DNA of 64,000 nucleotides from Eledone cirrhosa (Eukaryota), in contig OZ024742.1 in NCBI GenBank assembly GCA_964016885.1, positions 94,550,001 through 94,614,000 of the forward strand, given 5' to 3'. Numbering within the stretch: position 1 is the stretch's first letter; each line of letters begins with the position of its first letter. The notes beneath the pieces are model-generated. The model was not told the origin of the DNA and made no database searches. It was given only the letters and a program-made list of their open reading frames with translations. Below, one piece after another: positions 38,702-52,943 of the stretch. The position numbers were made by a program, and so were the translations under genes.

Positions 38702-41700
38702 AAGGCGGGTAAAATTCCCGAGATCCATGGACGAGTTCTCTCCAGCGGTCTCTGTCCCTCATTATCGCTGCCATATCCTGCATCTCCAACAGACCAGTGT
38801 CTGTCCTTAGGGCATCAACATATGTTAACCTTGGTCTTCCTCTTCTAGTGTGTCCATGTAGGGGCTCCCAAAGGAGCACTGAGTGCAATGTCAACTCTGG
38901 ATGTCGGTGAGCATGTCCAGCCAACCTCAGTCTCCTCTGTGTCACTTTTGAGCTGACTTTTGGGAGGCTCCCATACAGCTCTGAGTTTTTCATCCTCAGT
39001 GTATACTGATTAATGTTCAGAGCCATCCTCAGCATTCTCGTGTAGCACCCATCAACCATCTGAGTGAGTCTCTTGGTCAGTGTCCAAGTCTCAGACCCAT
39101 ACAGCAGCAAGACTCCACTACAGCAATGAAGAGGCGGATTTTCAGGTCTCTACGAAGGTCCGACTTCCACACCGATCTCAAGCTGTGACACGCCGCCCAG
39201 GCCTTGCTCTTCCTCTCAACCACATCATCTTCCGTATTCCCAATCTTTGCTCCCAAATACAGGAAGTCCTCAACCAATTCCAGCGGCTTCCCGCCTACAT
39301 TAGTGATCCCCTCTGGCTTCTCAACATTCTCTACCAGATATTTTGTTTTAGTCTCATTCATTCTCAGCCCCACACTCATCGACACAGTCTCAACCTCCCG
39401 CATCAAATCCTCTGCCTCCCTCACTGTATTTGTCACCAAAACTATGTCGTCGGCAAATTCAGCATCCGATACCTTTCTCGCCCCAACTCTCCTGCTTTGA
39501 GCCGGTGCTACAGTAAAGCCAGTGTCCTGGTGTTTCTCCAGTGCAAGGCGCATACAATAGTCCACTACGATGACAAAAAGGTAGGGAGCCAATGTATCTC
39601 CCTGGAGCACTCCAGCCAGTATCTCAAAGAACTCTGTCATCCCATCAGGTGTAATGACTTGGGCTTTGGTGTTGGTGTAGAGCAATGATATCAGGTCCAC
39701 TATCCTCTTGGGGATTCCATAAGCCTGTAAGATCTTCATCAGGCAGTAACGGTCCACAGAATCAAAGGCCTTCCTAAAGTCAATGAAAACCATGACCGCA
39801 GGAAGGCACTTTGCTCTAGCTCCCTCTAATATCCTCCTCAGCATCAGGATGTGACTGGTGGTTGATCTATCCTCTCTGAAGCCGTTCTGGTTGTCCCTGA
39901 GCTTCTTCTCCATCTCAGGCTGGATCCTGTTAAGAATCATCCTGTTGAGGGTCTTTGCCACAAGTGACGTCAGTGAGATCCCCCGGTAGTTGTTGGTGTT
40001 AGAGAGATCTCCCTTCTTTGGCACTGGGACGATGTTACTGATCCTCCACTGATTCGGGGCAACTCCTTTCTCCAGTGCCCCGTTACAGAACCCCAGGATG
40101 ATATCATCAAAATCACACCCTCTTCATCACCTCTGATGCCACTCCATCTTCTCCATGAGCCTTGCTTTCCTTGATCTTCTTCTTGCTCTCTGAAGCTCCT
40201 CTCTGGTGAAGGGCTCTGTCTCAACATCCAGTTCCTCAAACAGCCGCCTGATCTCCCCAGTGCTCTGGGCTGTGGAGGGTGGCTCTCCTAGTAGGGTCCT
40301 AAAATGGTCTAGCCATTTCCTCTTCCTATCCTCGGGCCCCGTTCCCTGGATCTTGACTCGAACACCTTTTCTTCCTCCCTGTGATCTCGTTGATGATCAT
40401 CCAGCTCTCCTTACATCCAGATCTGTCAACCGCTCTCTCCACACTTCTGATCTTCTCTATCAGTGCCTCCTCTCTGACCTCATTGTAACCGGTACAGAGC
40501 TCTTCCCTCATCACCTCCACAGTCTCCACCCTCTCCTCCGTAGGATCAGCATAGAATTGGTCCCTGGCAGCTTTCAGGTGTTCTCTGGCTGCACACACTT
40601 TTGGGTTTGCAGAGCTGACGTGCTTCCCTTTGTTCTTTTTCCTCGGCACCAGGGTTTCACTTGCTTTCGCCACTGCATTGGTGAAGTGCCCGTACCTCCT
40701 CGTCACACTCTCCTCAGTCCATCCAATCTCTCTCTCCTCTGACTCTCCACACAGAGCACTAAACCTGTTTCTCACTTCCACTGTGAACCTCTCCTGTAGC
40801 TTATCATCTTCCTTGAAAGCTCCCCAGTCATAGATTGTTCTCCGGGGCTGAGCCTTGCTCTTTCTTAAGCTCACGCGGACCTCACTCATAACAAGCCGGT
40901 GGTCACTACCCAGTGTACTGAAATAGCTATTCCGCCACTTTTTCCTCACCAGAATGAAATCAATCTGGGACTTGGACAGGTGCATATCTGAGATGTAGGT
41001 CCACATCTTCCCCGGATTCTTCCTAAACCTTAGGTTGGTCACCATCAAGTTCGCCCCCAGCAGGGTGTCTCTCAGTAGTCTTCCATTTCGGTTGGTGTTG
41101 TTATGGAAGTACCAGCAAGGATCTTCACTGCCCTCCTTACTCAGATGTGCATTGAAGTCCCCCAAAACAAGCAGGATATTGTGTGCCTGAGTGGTGTTGA
41201 CAGCTCTACACACCTCCTCATGGAACTCCTCGGCATTCACATCACTGTCCCCCTCGGTTGGACTATAGGCTGAGATGACTGTCAGTCTTGGGTTTCCATT
41301 GAAGGTCACCCTCAACACTCGCGGGGAGATAGGCATTATTTCCCTCACCAACAGATTGGTTTTTGCACTGAACACAAAACCCACTCCTCCTACTGCAGCA
41401 TTTGTTGTGTTCTTCACTGCCGATGTAGTGATGAGCTGGCTCTTCCTCCCGATCATCACACTCCTCACGGGCTCATCGTGTAGAATCCTGTGTTCTTGGA
41501 TCGTAAGTATCTGTATACCAGTCTCCTCGAACAGATGTCCCAACTCCTCTCTCTTCTCCAGCGTTCGAATACTCCTCACATTCAAAGTGCCCATTTTGAT
41601 GGCTCTTCTGCAGGACAAAACTGCATTCTTTATATCTGTCTCAGAGACAGCTGATCCATCATCCACTGGCCCTCTCTGGGGCTCTAAGCCAGCAGAGTCA

Positions 41701-41986
41701 TAACGACCAGGCTGCTCCTTGACAGTGAAATTAGGGGCTCTAACCCTAGTGCTGTTAGATCGACTCTCCATATTTCTTTTCAATGGCTGACAATACCTTA
41801 CCGGCGCCACTCGAATAAGGTAGTTATTTAACCCATAAATGGAGCCCTAACAGGTACTACTACCCCGGGCCAGGGCAGACCTGGGAGTCATGACAACTAA
41901 GGGGTAACTCCACATTCCCCACATCTCCTGAACTCCCGAACTGGAGCCTTGCCACTGGATGTAGTTTAATGTCATACCCAGGACAT
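38700..41986 (-). mobile_element. Near full-length RTE-type LINE (APE endonuclease + RT), frameshifted, inside (TA)n
   Basis: APE: GTLNVRSI, IQEHR, SAYSPT, LGDFNAH, QIDFIL, SDHRLV; RT: PKKGD, NYRGISL, QNGFR, FIDFRKAFDSV, GVLQGDTLAPYLF, FADDI; C-terminal LAGH..RH, GRPR; split over 4 ORFs. Confidence 0.95.
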
Positions 41987-41988
41987 AA

Positions 41989-42114
<126 letters not shown>

Positions 42115-42132
42115 TATATATATGTATATATA

Positions 42133-42618
42133 TAAACGGAAAAAATGAAACGATATTTCATTTCCCACTCTTAGTACGGCTGTTACTTAAATATAAGTAT
42201 GTACACGTACATACATATATGTATACCGACGTACAGTAGTATGTATATATATATATACATACATGCACACATATATATATGCACGTATGGATTCACCGAA
42301 CATTTATTATAATGCTCGGTGTGTTTGTAAACAAACATCCCGTATTATTAAGCCGTAGTGTCTAGCAACCACCGTTGCTCGTTTGTTAACACTGACAAAG
42401 GAACGCTGTACTAGTTTCAAGCTTGTTTGCTATCAAACGAGCAACGGTGGTTGCTAGACACTACGGCTTAATACGGGATGTTTGTTTACAACACACCGAG
42501 CATTATAATAATGTTTCGGTGAATCCATACGTGCATATATATATGTGTGCATGTATGTATATATATATATACATACTACTGTACGTCGGTATACATATAT
42601 GTATGTACGTTGTACATA
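42133..42618. repeat. Truncated copy of the 49.9 kb hammerhead element folded into an inverted repeat (arms 42198-42385 and 42434-42618)
   Basis: caccgaacatt..gcaaccaccgttgctcgtttg mirrored by caaacgagcaacggtggttgc..ttcggtg. Confidence 0.9.
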
Positions 42619-42628
42619 TTTATATATA

Positions 42629-42792
<164 letters not shown>

Positions 42793-42903
42793 TATATAAA
42801 TATATAAATATATATATATATAAATTATATAATATAAATATATATATATATATAAATAAATATATATATATATAAATATATATATATAATTATAAATATA
42901 TAC

Positions 42904-42936
<33 letters not shown>

Positions 42937-42984
42937 ATATATAATATAATATATATATTATATATAAATATATATATATATTAA

Positions 42985-43026
<42 letters not shown>

Positions 43027-43071
43027 AATATATAAAGTATATATATATAAATATATATATATAAATATATG

Positions 43072-43153
<82 letters not shown>

Positions 43154-43196
43154 CGATATTAAATAAATGGAAACTATATTTATAAAACCATATTTT

Positions 43197-43260
43197 ATTT
43201 CATTATATATATTTCAGGGATATCATATTAAAAATATGGTATGCCTTCATCAGACAAAAT
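43197..43260 (-). ncRNA. Minimal type I hammerhead ribozyme
   Basis: attttgt CTGATGA AGG..catatt-ttt-aatatg..CCT GAAA T-ATAT-A TA atgaaat; 7 bp stem I. Confidence 0.8.
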
Positions 43261-43320
43261 ACAATATAACAGTCTTATAAATAGATAGATTTGACATACC
43301 TTACACTTCAACTTCCATTT

Positions 43321-44459
43321 AAAAGTTGATTTGGTAGTGAAAAATGTTCGGACAGTTATAGAGAAAAAAAAGAAAAGAAAGAAAGAAAACGAAGAAAAAG
43401 AAGAAATGCAGTAACGATAAACCGAGAGAGATAGATATAGAGAGATAGATAGAGAGAAGAAAATCATGTAAAGAAAAAAGAAAAAACAGAGAGAGATAGA
43501 TAGAGAGAGAAAAATCAGAGGAGATAGATAGAGAGAGAGGAGAGAGAGAGAGAAAAGAGAGAGAGAGAGAAAAATAGAGAGAGATAGATATAGATAAAGA
43601 TAGGAGAGAGAGAAAAATAGGTAGTTGGGCACCAGTTGAATGACGTATCAATGATATATTTATTTATTTATTTATTTATTTATTTAGTTATAGTATTAAG
43701 ATACTCTGGGAATTTTCTTGCGTTTTAATTATATTTTTTCATATTTTATAATATTTTTAATATTATTTAATATTTTTAATATTTTTAATATTTTTATTGA
43801 TATATCTGTTGTCTATTCTATGCTTGAACGAGAATCATGTAGAGTAAAGGCAAGAATTTATCTTAAAATTAATGTAGATTCTATATATATTTGTGTGTAT
43901 GTACACATATAGTATACTAGAATTTTTATAGCACAATGAGAATGTTTTCATGTGAAATGAGAATTTGCAGAGTTGATCACGTAAATTCACATGGGATGTC
44001 TATAGTGTCGAATCTGGGATAACCTATTTTCTTTCTTTTTTCATGAAAGTGCATATATACTTATGTATTTCAATTTTTTTTGAAGTTTTATTTCAGTTCT
44101 GATTATAAACCTAGGAATTTTAAACTAGACATATGATCATTATTTTTCACACATTATTGATACGTGTCTCATTCATGAATATTGATATTTACATTATAAT
44201 ACCTAATTCATACGAATTGATATTTTAGATTGATGAAACATAATGTTTAAATCTGCTCGTTTATCTCTGGATATTTTTCTTTTCTCTCTATGTAACGGCT
44301 GTTTTCTCTCATAACCACATATATCTCTCTCTACCTTAATACTATAACTAACTAACTAAATAAATAAATAAATATATCATTGATACGTCATACAACTGGA
44401 GCCCAACTACCTATTTTTCTCTCTCTCTATTTTTATCTATATCTATCTCTCTCTATTTT

Positions 44460-44503
<44 letters not shown>

Positions 44504-44703
44504 CCCTCTGATTTTTCTCTCTCTATCTATCTCTCTCTGTTTTTTCTTTACATGAATTTCTTCTCTCTATCTATCTCTCTATATCTATCTATCTCGGTTT
44601 TTCGTTACATGCATTTCTTCTTTTTCTTCGTTTTCTTTCTTTCTTTCTTTTCTTTTTTTCTCTATAACTGTCCCTAACATTTTTCACTACCAAATCAACT
44701 TTT
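43321..44703. repeat. Inverted repeat, arms ~380 bp (43321-43700 and 44335-44703), ~635 bp spacer
   Basis: aaaagttgatttggtagtgaaaaatg...gttatagtattaag mirrored by cttaatactataac...catttttcactaccaaatcaactttt. Confidence 0.9.
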
Positions 44704-44746
44704 TATCTATATAAATATACTATATATATAAATATATATATATATA

Positions 44747-44781
<35 letters not shown>

Positions 44782-44798
44782 TTATATATATGTATATT

Positions 44799-46898
<2,100 letters not shown>

Positions 46899-47687
46899 AA
46901 TATAATTGGAAATCAGTAAAATCGAATCTCTGGCGGTTTGCAAGTGAATTCGGCCTACTTATATGAAATGATGAGTTAGCAAAGAACTCGATAAAATAGG
47001 ACCTTAGAGTAATAACATACGTTTAAATAATTTGACAAATTGAACATCGTGGTAGGCTAAACTAACACACAATATATATACCAGAGCAACGATAGAACTA
47101 ATCAGGTTGAGAAAAAGTACACCTGGACAAATTAAACGAACAGTCGTTCAAAGTGTTTCTATGAATCCGAAATCAAATATCAGAGTTACTTGAAAAGCAA
47201 GCTCCTGGTATCGGTGACCGAACGTTGGATTCAATTTTTCAACAGGTTTATCGCTCTTCCTGGGAACGGAGTGATAAATTATATGTTGCTGCTATACGCT
47301 GCTGAACGTATCCATAATTATCACGTGCTAATTCCGGCAAGGGAAATAACCCGCGGTCCCAGGCGGTTATTCAAAAAGTTAGCGAAAAAGGATATATTTT
47401 AAATTCCCGCTAATCATCATGATAAGCTCTCGACTAGATGTTATAAAACAAACACTAATAATTAACCAATCAACAGAATTGTCTAATTAAATTAATTAGT
47501 TAATTATTAAATCTAGGAGAATAATATAATTGGAAATCAGTAAAATCGAATCTCTGGCGGTTTGCAAGTGAATTCGGCCTACTTATATGAAATGATGAGT
47601 TAGCAAAGCACTCGATAAGATAGTACGTTAGAGTAATAACATACGTTTAAATAGCTGACAAATCGAACATTGTGGTAGGCTAAACTA
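46899..47687. repeat. Non-coding element with ~165 bp terminal direct repeats (46899-47064 and 47523-47687), period 624 bp, in (TA)n
   Basis: aatataattggaaatcagtaaaatcgaatctctggcgg...gtggtaggctaaacta present twice. Confidence 0.9.
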
Positions 47688-47688
47688 T

Positions 47689-47739
<51 letters not shown>

Positions 47740-47742
47740 AAT

Positions 47743-47837
<95 letters not shown>

Positions 47838-48027
47838 AATATATATATATATAACTATATATATATATATAAATATATATATATATAAATATATATATAT
47901 AAATATAGAGGTTATCACATACATAAAATTAAATTAAATTAAATCAAAGATATATATATGTGTTGCAACTGTTCACTTTTAAGCTCAATGAAGAATTAAT
48001 AAATTAAAATCAAAAAATCAGAGCATT

Positions 48028-48393
48028 ATATCATAAATCATGTCTATAGAATCAATCAGATATTAAAATATATACTATTTCTTCTTCTAATTAGCATAAT
48101 TAACCATATACATAATCAAATCTAGCAAGCTTTAAGAATAAATTTTCTAACGGGGAAATCTCCGACAAACAATCGATCGCAGCTAGTTCGCGGTAGCTCC
48201 GTTCCACTATTTATCAAACACTTCGGCAGCATGCAGAATCCGATCAAATATACCATCAACCACACGTAATTAGTAGTAAAATTAAACTTAGAAGAAATGC
48301 TAGATTTGATTATGAATATTGTTAATTATGCTAATTAGAAGAAGAAATAGTATATATTTTAATATCTGATTGATTCTATAGACATGATTTATG

Positions 48394-48397
<4 letters not shown>
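48028..48397. repeat. Inverted repeat, ~100 bp arms, ~170 bp spacer
   Basis: atatcataaatcatgtctatag...caaatctagca mirrored by tgctagatttg...ctatagacatgatttatgatat. Confidence 0.9.
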
Positions 48398-48436
<39 letters not shown>

Positions 48437-48449
48437 TATATATAAATAT

Positions 48450-48480
<31 letters not shown>

Positions 48481-48483
48481 AAT

Positions 48484-48519
<36 letters not shown>

Positions 48520-48607
48520 GTAAAAGTTCTATTTAAATTGCTGGGATACAACAAGCAAATATTTTTATAACTGATATAAAGCACTCAACAAATAATTGGA
48601 GTAAAAT

Positions 48608-48825
48608 ATGATATTAACAAATGGAAACTATATTTATAAAATCATATTTATTTCATTATACATATTTCAAGGACACCAAGTTAAATTATGTGTGCTTTCA
48701 CCAGATAAAATATAATATTATATTTTATCTGATGAAAGCACACCATAATTTAACTTGGTGTCCTTGAAATATGTATAATGAAATAAATATGGTTTTATAA
48801 ATATAGTTTCCATTTGTTAATATCG

Positions 48826-48826
<1 letters not shown>
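48608..48826. repeat. Spacer-less ~220 bp palindrome of two hammerhead units
   Basis: Centre ataatattat is self-complementary; arms are homologous to 43153-43260. Confidence 0.95.
48722..48784 (+). ncRNA. Minimal type I hammerhead ribozyme (mirror at 48650..48711 - has a CUGGUGA mutant core)
   Basis: attttat CTGATGA AAG-c-ACACC..GGTGT-c-CTT GAAA T-ATGT-A TA atgaaat. Confidence 0.8.
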
Positions 48827-48896
<70 letters not shown>

Positions 48897-48919
48897 TATA
48901 TATAAATATATATATAAAC

Positions 48920-48972
<53 letters not shown>

Positions 48973-48975
48973 AAT

Positions 48976-49036
<61 letters not shown>

Positions 49037-49055
49037 AATAAATATATATATAAAC

Positions 49056-49094
<39 letters not shown>

Positions 49095-49097
49095 AAT

Positions 49098-49128
<31 letters not shown>

Positions 49129-49255
49129 AATATATATATATAAATATATATATATATAAATAAATATATATATAAATAAATATATATATAAATAAATATA
49201 TATATATATAAATATATATATATATAAATATATATATAAATATATATATATATTA

Positions 49256-49747
49256 TAAATTAATAAAATAATCAATAAACATAGAAACAGTTCCTTATAT
49301 TAAAAAAAATTCATCATTTTACGATCGTTTCTAGGATATATATGTGTTAGAGTTGGTATGCATATTCTATAGATCTATGTACAATATTTATACAAACTAT
49401 CAGAGGGAATATACATACCTACACATATATATGCTGTCTTCAGATATAATGATATTTGTTTATTGAAAAAAACAAAGATTCAATACAATAGGTCTGCTTG
49501 GGAACAGACCTATTGTATTGAATCTTTGTTTTTTTCAATAAACAAATATCATTATATCTGAAGACAGCATATATATGTGTAGGTATGTATATTCCTTCTG
49601 ATAGTTTTTATAAATATTGTACATAGATCTATAGAATATGCATACCAACTCTAACACATATATATCCTAGAAACGATCGTAAAATGATGAATTCTTTTTA
49701 ATATAAGGAACTGTTTCTTTGTTTATTCATTATTTTATTAATTTATC
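49256..49747. repeat. ~490 bp near-perfect palindrome with an 8 nt spacer
   Basis: Centre aataggtctg-cttgggaa-cagacctatt; arms mirror out to ataaattaataaaataat. Confidence 0.95.
49550..49689 (+). ncRNA. Type I hammerhead with ~105 nt extended stem II (mirror at 49312..49451, -)
   Basis: cattatat CTGAAGA ..atatatatgtgt..ggtatgtatattc // gaatatgcatacc..acacatatatat.. GAAAC GATC GTA aaatgatg. Confidence 0.7.
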
Positions 49748-49937
49748 TTGACTCTGTTTTCCGTTAATTTTCACCGAAAATAGTTTTTGAATGCATCTTC
49801 TCTTTTCATGATATCCGGATTACGTTGAGTTCTTCATACGGATTGGACACTACCGTAAATTTTTGGTAGATTTATCTACATATATATAAATATATATATA
49901 TAAAGATATAAATATATATTTATAAATATATATATAT

Positions 49938-50611
49938 ATAAACGGAAAAAATGAAACGAAATTTCATTTCTCACTCTTAGTACGACTGTTACTTAAATAT
50001 AAGTATGTATACGTACATACATATATGTATACAGACGTACAGTAGTACGTATATATATATACATACATGCACATATATATGTATATGTACGTATGGATTC
50101 ACCGAACATTTATTATAATGCTCGGTGTGTTTGTAAACAAACATCCCGAATTAAGCCGTACAGTGTCTAGCAACCATCGTTGCTCATGTGTTCAACACTG
50201 TCAAAGGAACGCTGTACTAGTTTCAAGCTTATTAGCTATCGTCAGCAACGTATACCTTCCTGCCAGATGATTGAACGTCTGAAAGTATATACTTTCCTTA
50301 TGCATATTAACGGCTGAGCAGCCTAATTTGCATATCGAGTGAGTTAATCGGCCGGGTAGACCGATGATGAACCGAGGCTAACCCATTTCTTTCAACAAAT
50401 TACGTGTGAAACATATCTTTGGATTTGTACGTGTGTTATATAGTTACAGAGGTATTTATTTACGCTTTAATTTATATTTTTAATTATCGTGTCTATAGTC
50501 TGCCTTTCATAGGTTATAGATTCCATACACTGGTGGGTTTTTTTCCCTGTTTTATAGATAACGCACTGTATATCTCTCTCTGGTGTGTTACCTTTTCAAG
50601 ATATTGTATTT

Positions 50612-50612
<1 letters not shown>
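49938..50612 (-). mobile_element. ~670 bp non-coding hammerhead-bearing element (PLE pLTR or retrozyme-like) in (TA)n
   Basis: Second copy at 42133-42433; contains the hammerhead at 50209-50251; no convincing ORF. Confidence 0.65.
50209..50251 (-). ncRNA. Very small (43 nt) type I hammerhead ribozyme
   Basis: acgttg CTGACGA t-AGCT-aata-AGCT-t GAAAC TA GTA cagcgt; palindromic ACTAGT stem III. Confidence 0.8.
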
Positions 50613-50661
<49 letters not shown>

Positions 50662-50664
<3 letters not shown>

Positions 50665-52747
50665 ATAATAATAAAATTGAAGACTAAAATCCAGAGAGGG
50701 CTCGATAGGGAAAATATATATCAAATATATAAGAACCGAAGAGCAAATATTTATTAAAATAACAGATTAAAGTTTAAGCAAAGAATCGCTGCTTTCACCC
50801 TTAACAGGATCTTCTGAAACTAACAAAGTCAATCTGTAAACGCAGAACTGGATATTTCAAAAAACGTTGCAACCGGAGGAAGACAGGAAGACGATACTTT
50901 GGTTCATGGTGACGTTCGCTGGCAAAGAACGGGAAAAAACGAATAATACGTCATTAATAGGAGCGGTGAAAAACAATTACGTGCAAGGACAGAACCACGT
51001 TTATGGTATAAAAGAGGTCGCAGACTAATGTTCTCTAAGTGGTGCATAGAGACGTTCTCTGGCAAAGAACGAAAAAACGAAGATAATGAGTCATATGTGG
51101 AGCGTGGAGAACAATAGCGTGCAAAGACAAAACCACGTAAATGGTATAGCAGAAGTCGTAGACTAAAATTCTAACTAGGAGACCGAATGAATCTCCGCTA
51201 GAGTTAAGAACAAAGTAAATAAATACAATACAGAAGTAATAGGAACAAATAAATACATACACGCAAACAGATACGTACATACACAAGCATACGCAAAACC
51301 TTACCATAGGTATACAAAACCACGCACATATAAATATGTGTATGTGTGTATGCTTGTGTACAAATAAATAAATATTTATATAAACGTATATAAGTAAATA
51401 AATACGTATATAACAAGCGCACACACATACCTACAAATAAATACATGAAGGTTCGGAGACGTAAGTCAACTAAAACAAGAAGTACACATATACACACACC
51501 CACCATACGTACGAACCTGCATACTCACGCAGACGCAAAACTCCCATATACACATAACCAAGCCCTAAATACCAGAATATGTAAAGATTATACGCCAAAA
51601 CAGACAAATATACGTACGAGAAGGTATACATACCTTCACAAAACATACGGGTAATATATACTTACCTATGCAAATAAGTAAAGGAATAAACAAAACATAT
51701 ACTTAGCTCCCACATCAAGACGTAAATATCCACGTATAGATCGTGCTATCCGTTAGGGTATAACGTAGGGCTGTAATACAGGAAAGTTTTGTGCAATTTA
51801 TGTTTACAAGACGAAATTGCCTCAGATTTTTTGTTTAAGATGTGGTCTGTGGCGTAGAGTATTTCCAGGGCCTCAGCGGCGCAGAGGTCACATGGTCTTT
51901 TATTTCCGTTATACGCTCTAGCCCTAGCTAGGATCTCCCAGTGTAACTTATATTGGGTGCGGTTGTCTATTAGACTCCAGATATAAGCTGAAAGTGACGT
52001 CATATTCCTTCTTAGAGGGTAACGAAAAGAATGGGTATGCATGTAAAGACGCTGCTTGAAACTATTGGCGGTTAACCCTATGTAGGCCCTACGGGACGTG
52101 GGTGTTACAACCTTACATTTGTAGACAATGTTACTAGAGAGGCATTTCCCGGATAGGGGACAATCAGCCCGATTCCTACAATTACAGTTAGTACTAATTA
52201 CAGGGTTGCACGTGTTCCTACGGCTAGGTATTTTAGCTAAATTTGAAGCTGTGATGTTATGTGCAAGGTTAGGAGTCGTTGAGTAAGAAATTTTAATAGT
52301 GTTTCTATTACAAATTTTACTAGAATTTTAGTCTACGACTTCTGCTATACCATTTACGTGGTTTTGTCTTTGCACGCTATTGTTCTCCACGCTCCACATA
52401 TGACTTATTATCTTCGTTTTTTCGTTCTTTGCCAGAGAACGTCTCTATGCACCACTAAGAGAACATTAGTCTACGACCTCTTTTATACCATAAACGTGGT
52501 TCTGTCCTTGCACGTAATTGTTTTTCACCGCTCCTATTAATGACGTATTATTCGTTTTTTCCCGTTCTTTGCCAGCGAACGTCACCATGAACCAAAGTAT
52601 CGTCTTCCTGTCTTCCTCCGGTTGCAACGTTTTTTGAAATATCCAGTTCTGCGTTTACAGATTGACTTTGTTAGTTTCAGAAGATCCCGTTAAGGGTAAA
52701 AGCAGCGATTCTTTGCTTAAACTTTAATCTGTTATTTTAATAAATAT
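50662..52747 (-). mobile_element. 5'-truncated Penelope-like element with inverted ~425 bp terminal repeats (50747-51173 and 52321-52747)
   Basis: Near-identical mirrored arms flank a GIY-YIG coding segment; both ends lie in (TA)n. Confidence 0.9.
51746..52318 (-). pseudogene. Penelope GIY-YIG endonuclease domain, 5'-truncated, frame open
   Basis: KICNRNTIKISYSTTPNL..CNCRNRADCPLSGKCLSSNIVYKCKV..AYIGLTANSFKQRLYMHTHSF..SLSAYIWSL..CDLCAAEALEI..LNKKSEAISSCKH. Confidence 0.92.
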
Positions 52748-52894
52748 ATATATATATATATATAAGAGGTGAGTTTTATTGTAGTACAATAAAATAATGC
52801 AGATATCGGATAAGAAGCACTCTACAATTTGTAGGACTGGAGTATAAATAATATATATATATTATATATATATATATATATAAATATATAAATA

Positions 52895-52943
<49 letters not shown>

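Noticed and set aside
39080-41703. Plus-strand ORFs of 142-202 aa
   Set aside because: Antisense shadows of the RTE ORF
52672-52715. Hammerhead-like CAGAAGA-tccc..gggt-(G/A)AAA in the PLE arms
   Set aside because: U4 is altered and no stem I, stem III or NUH can be assigned
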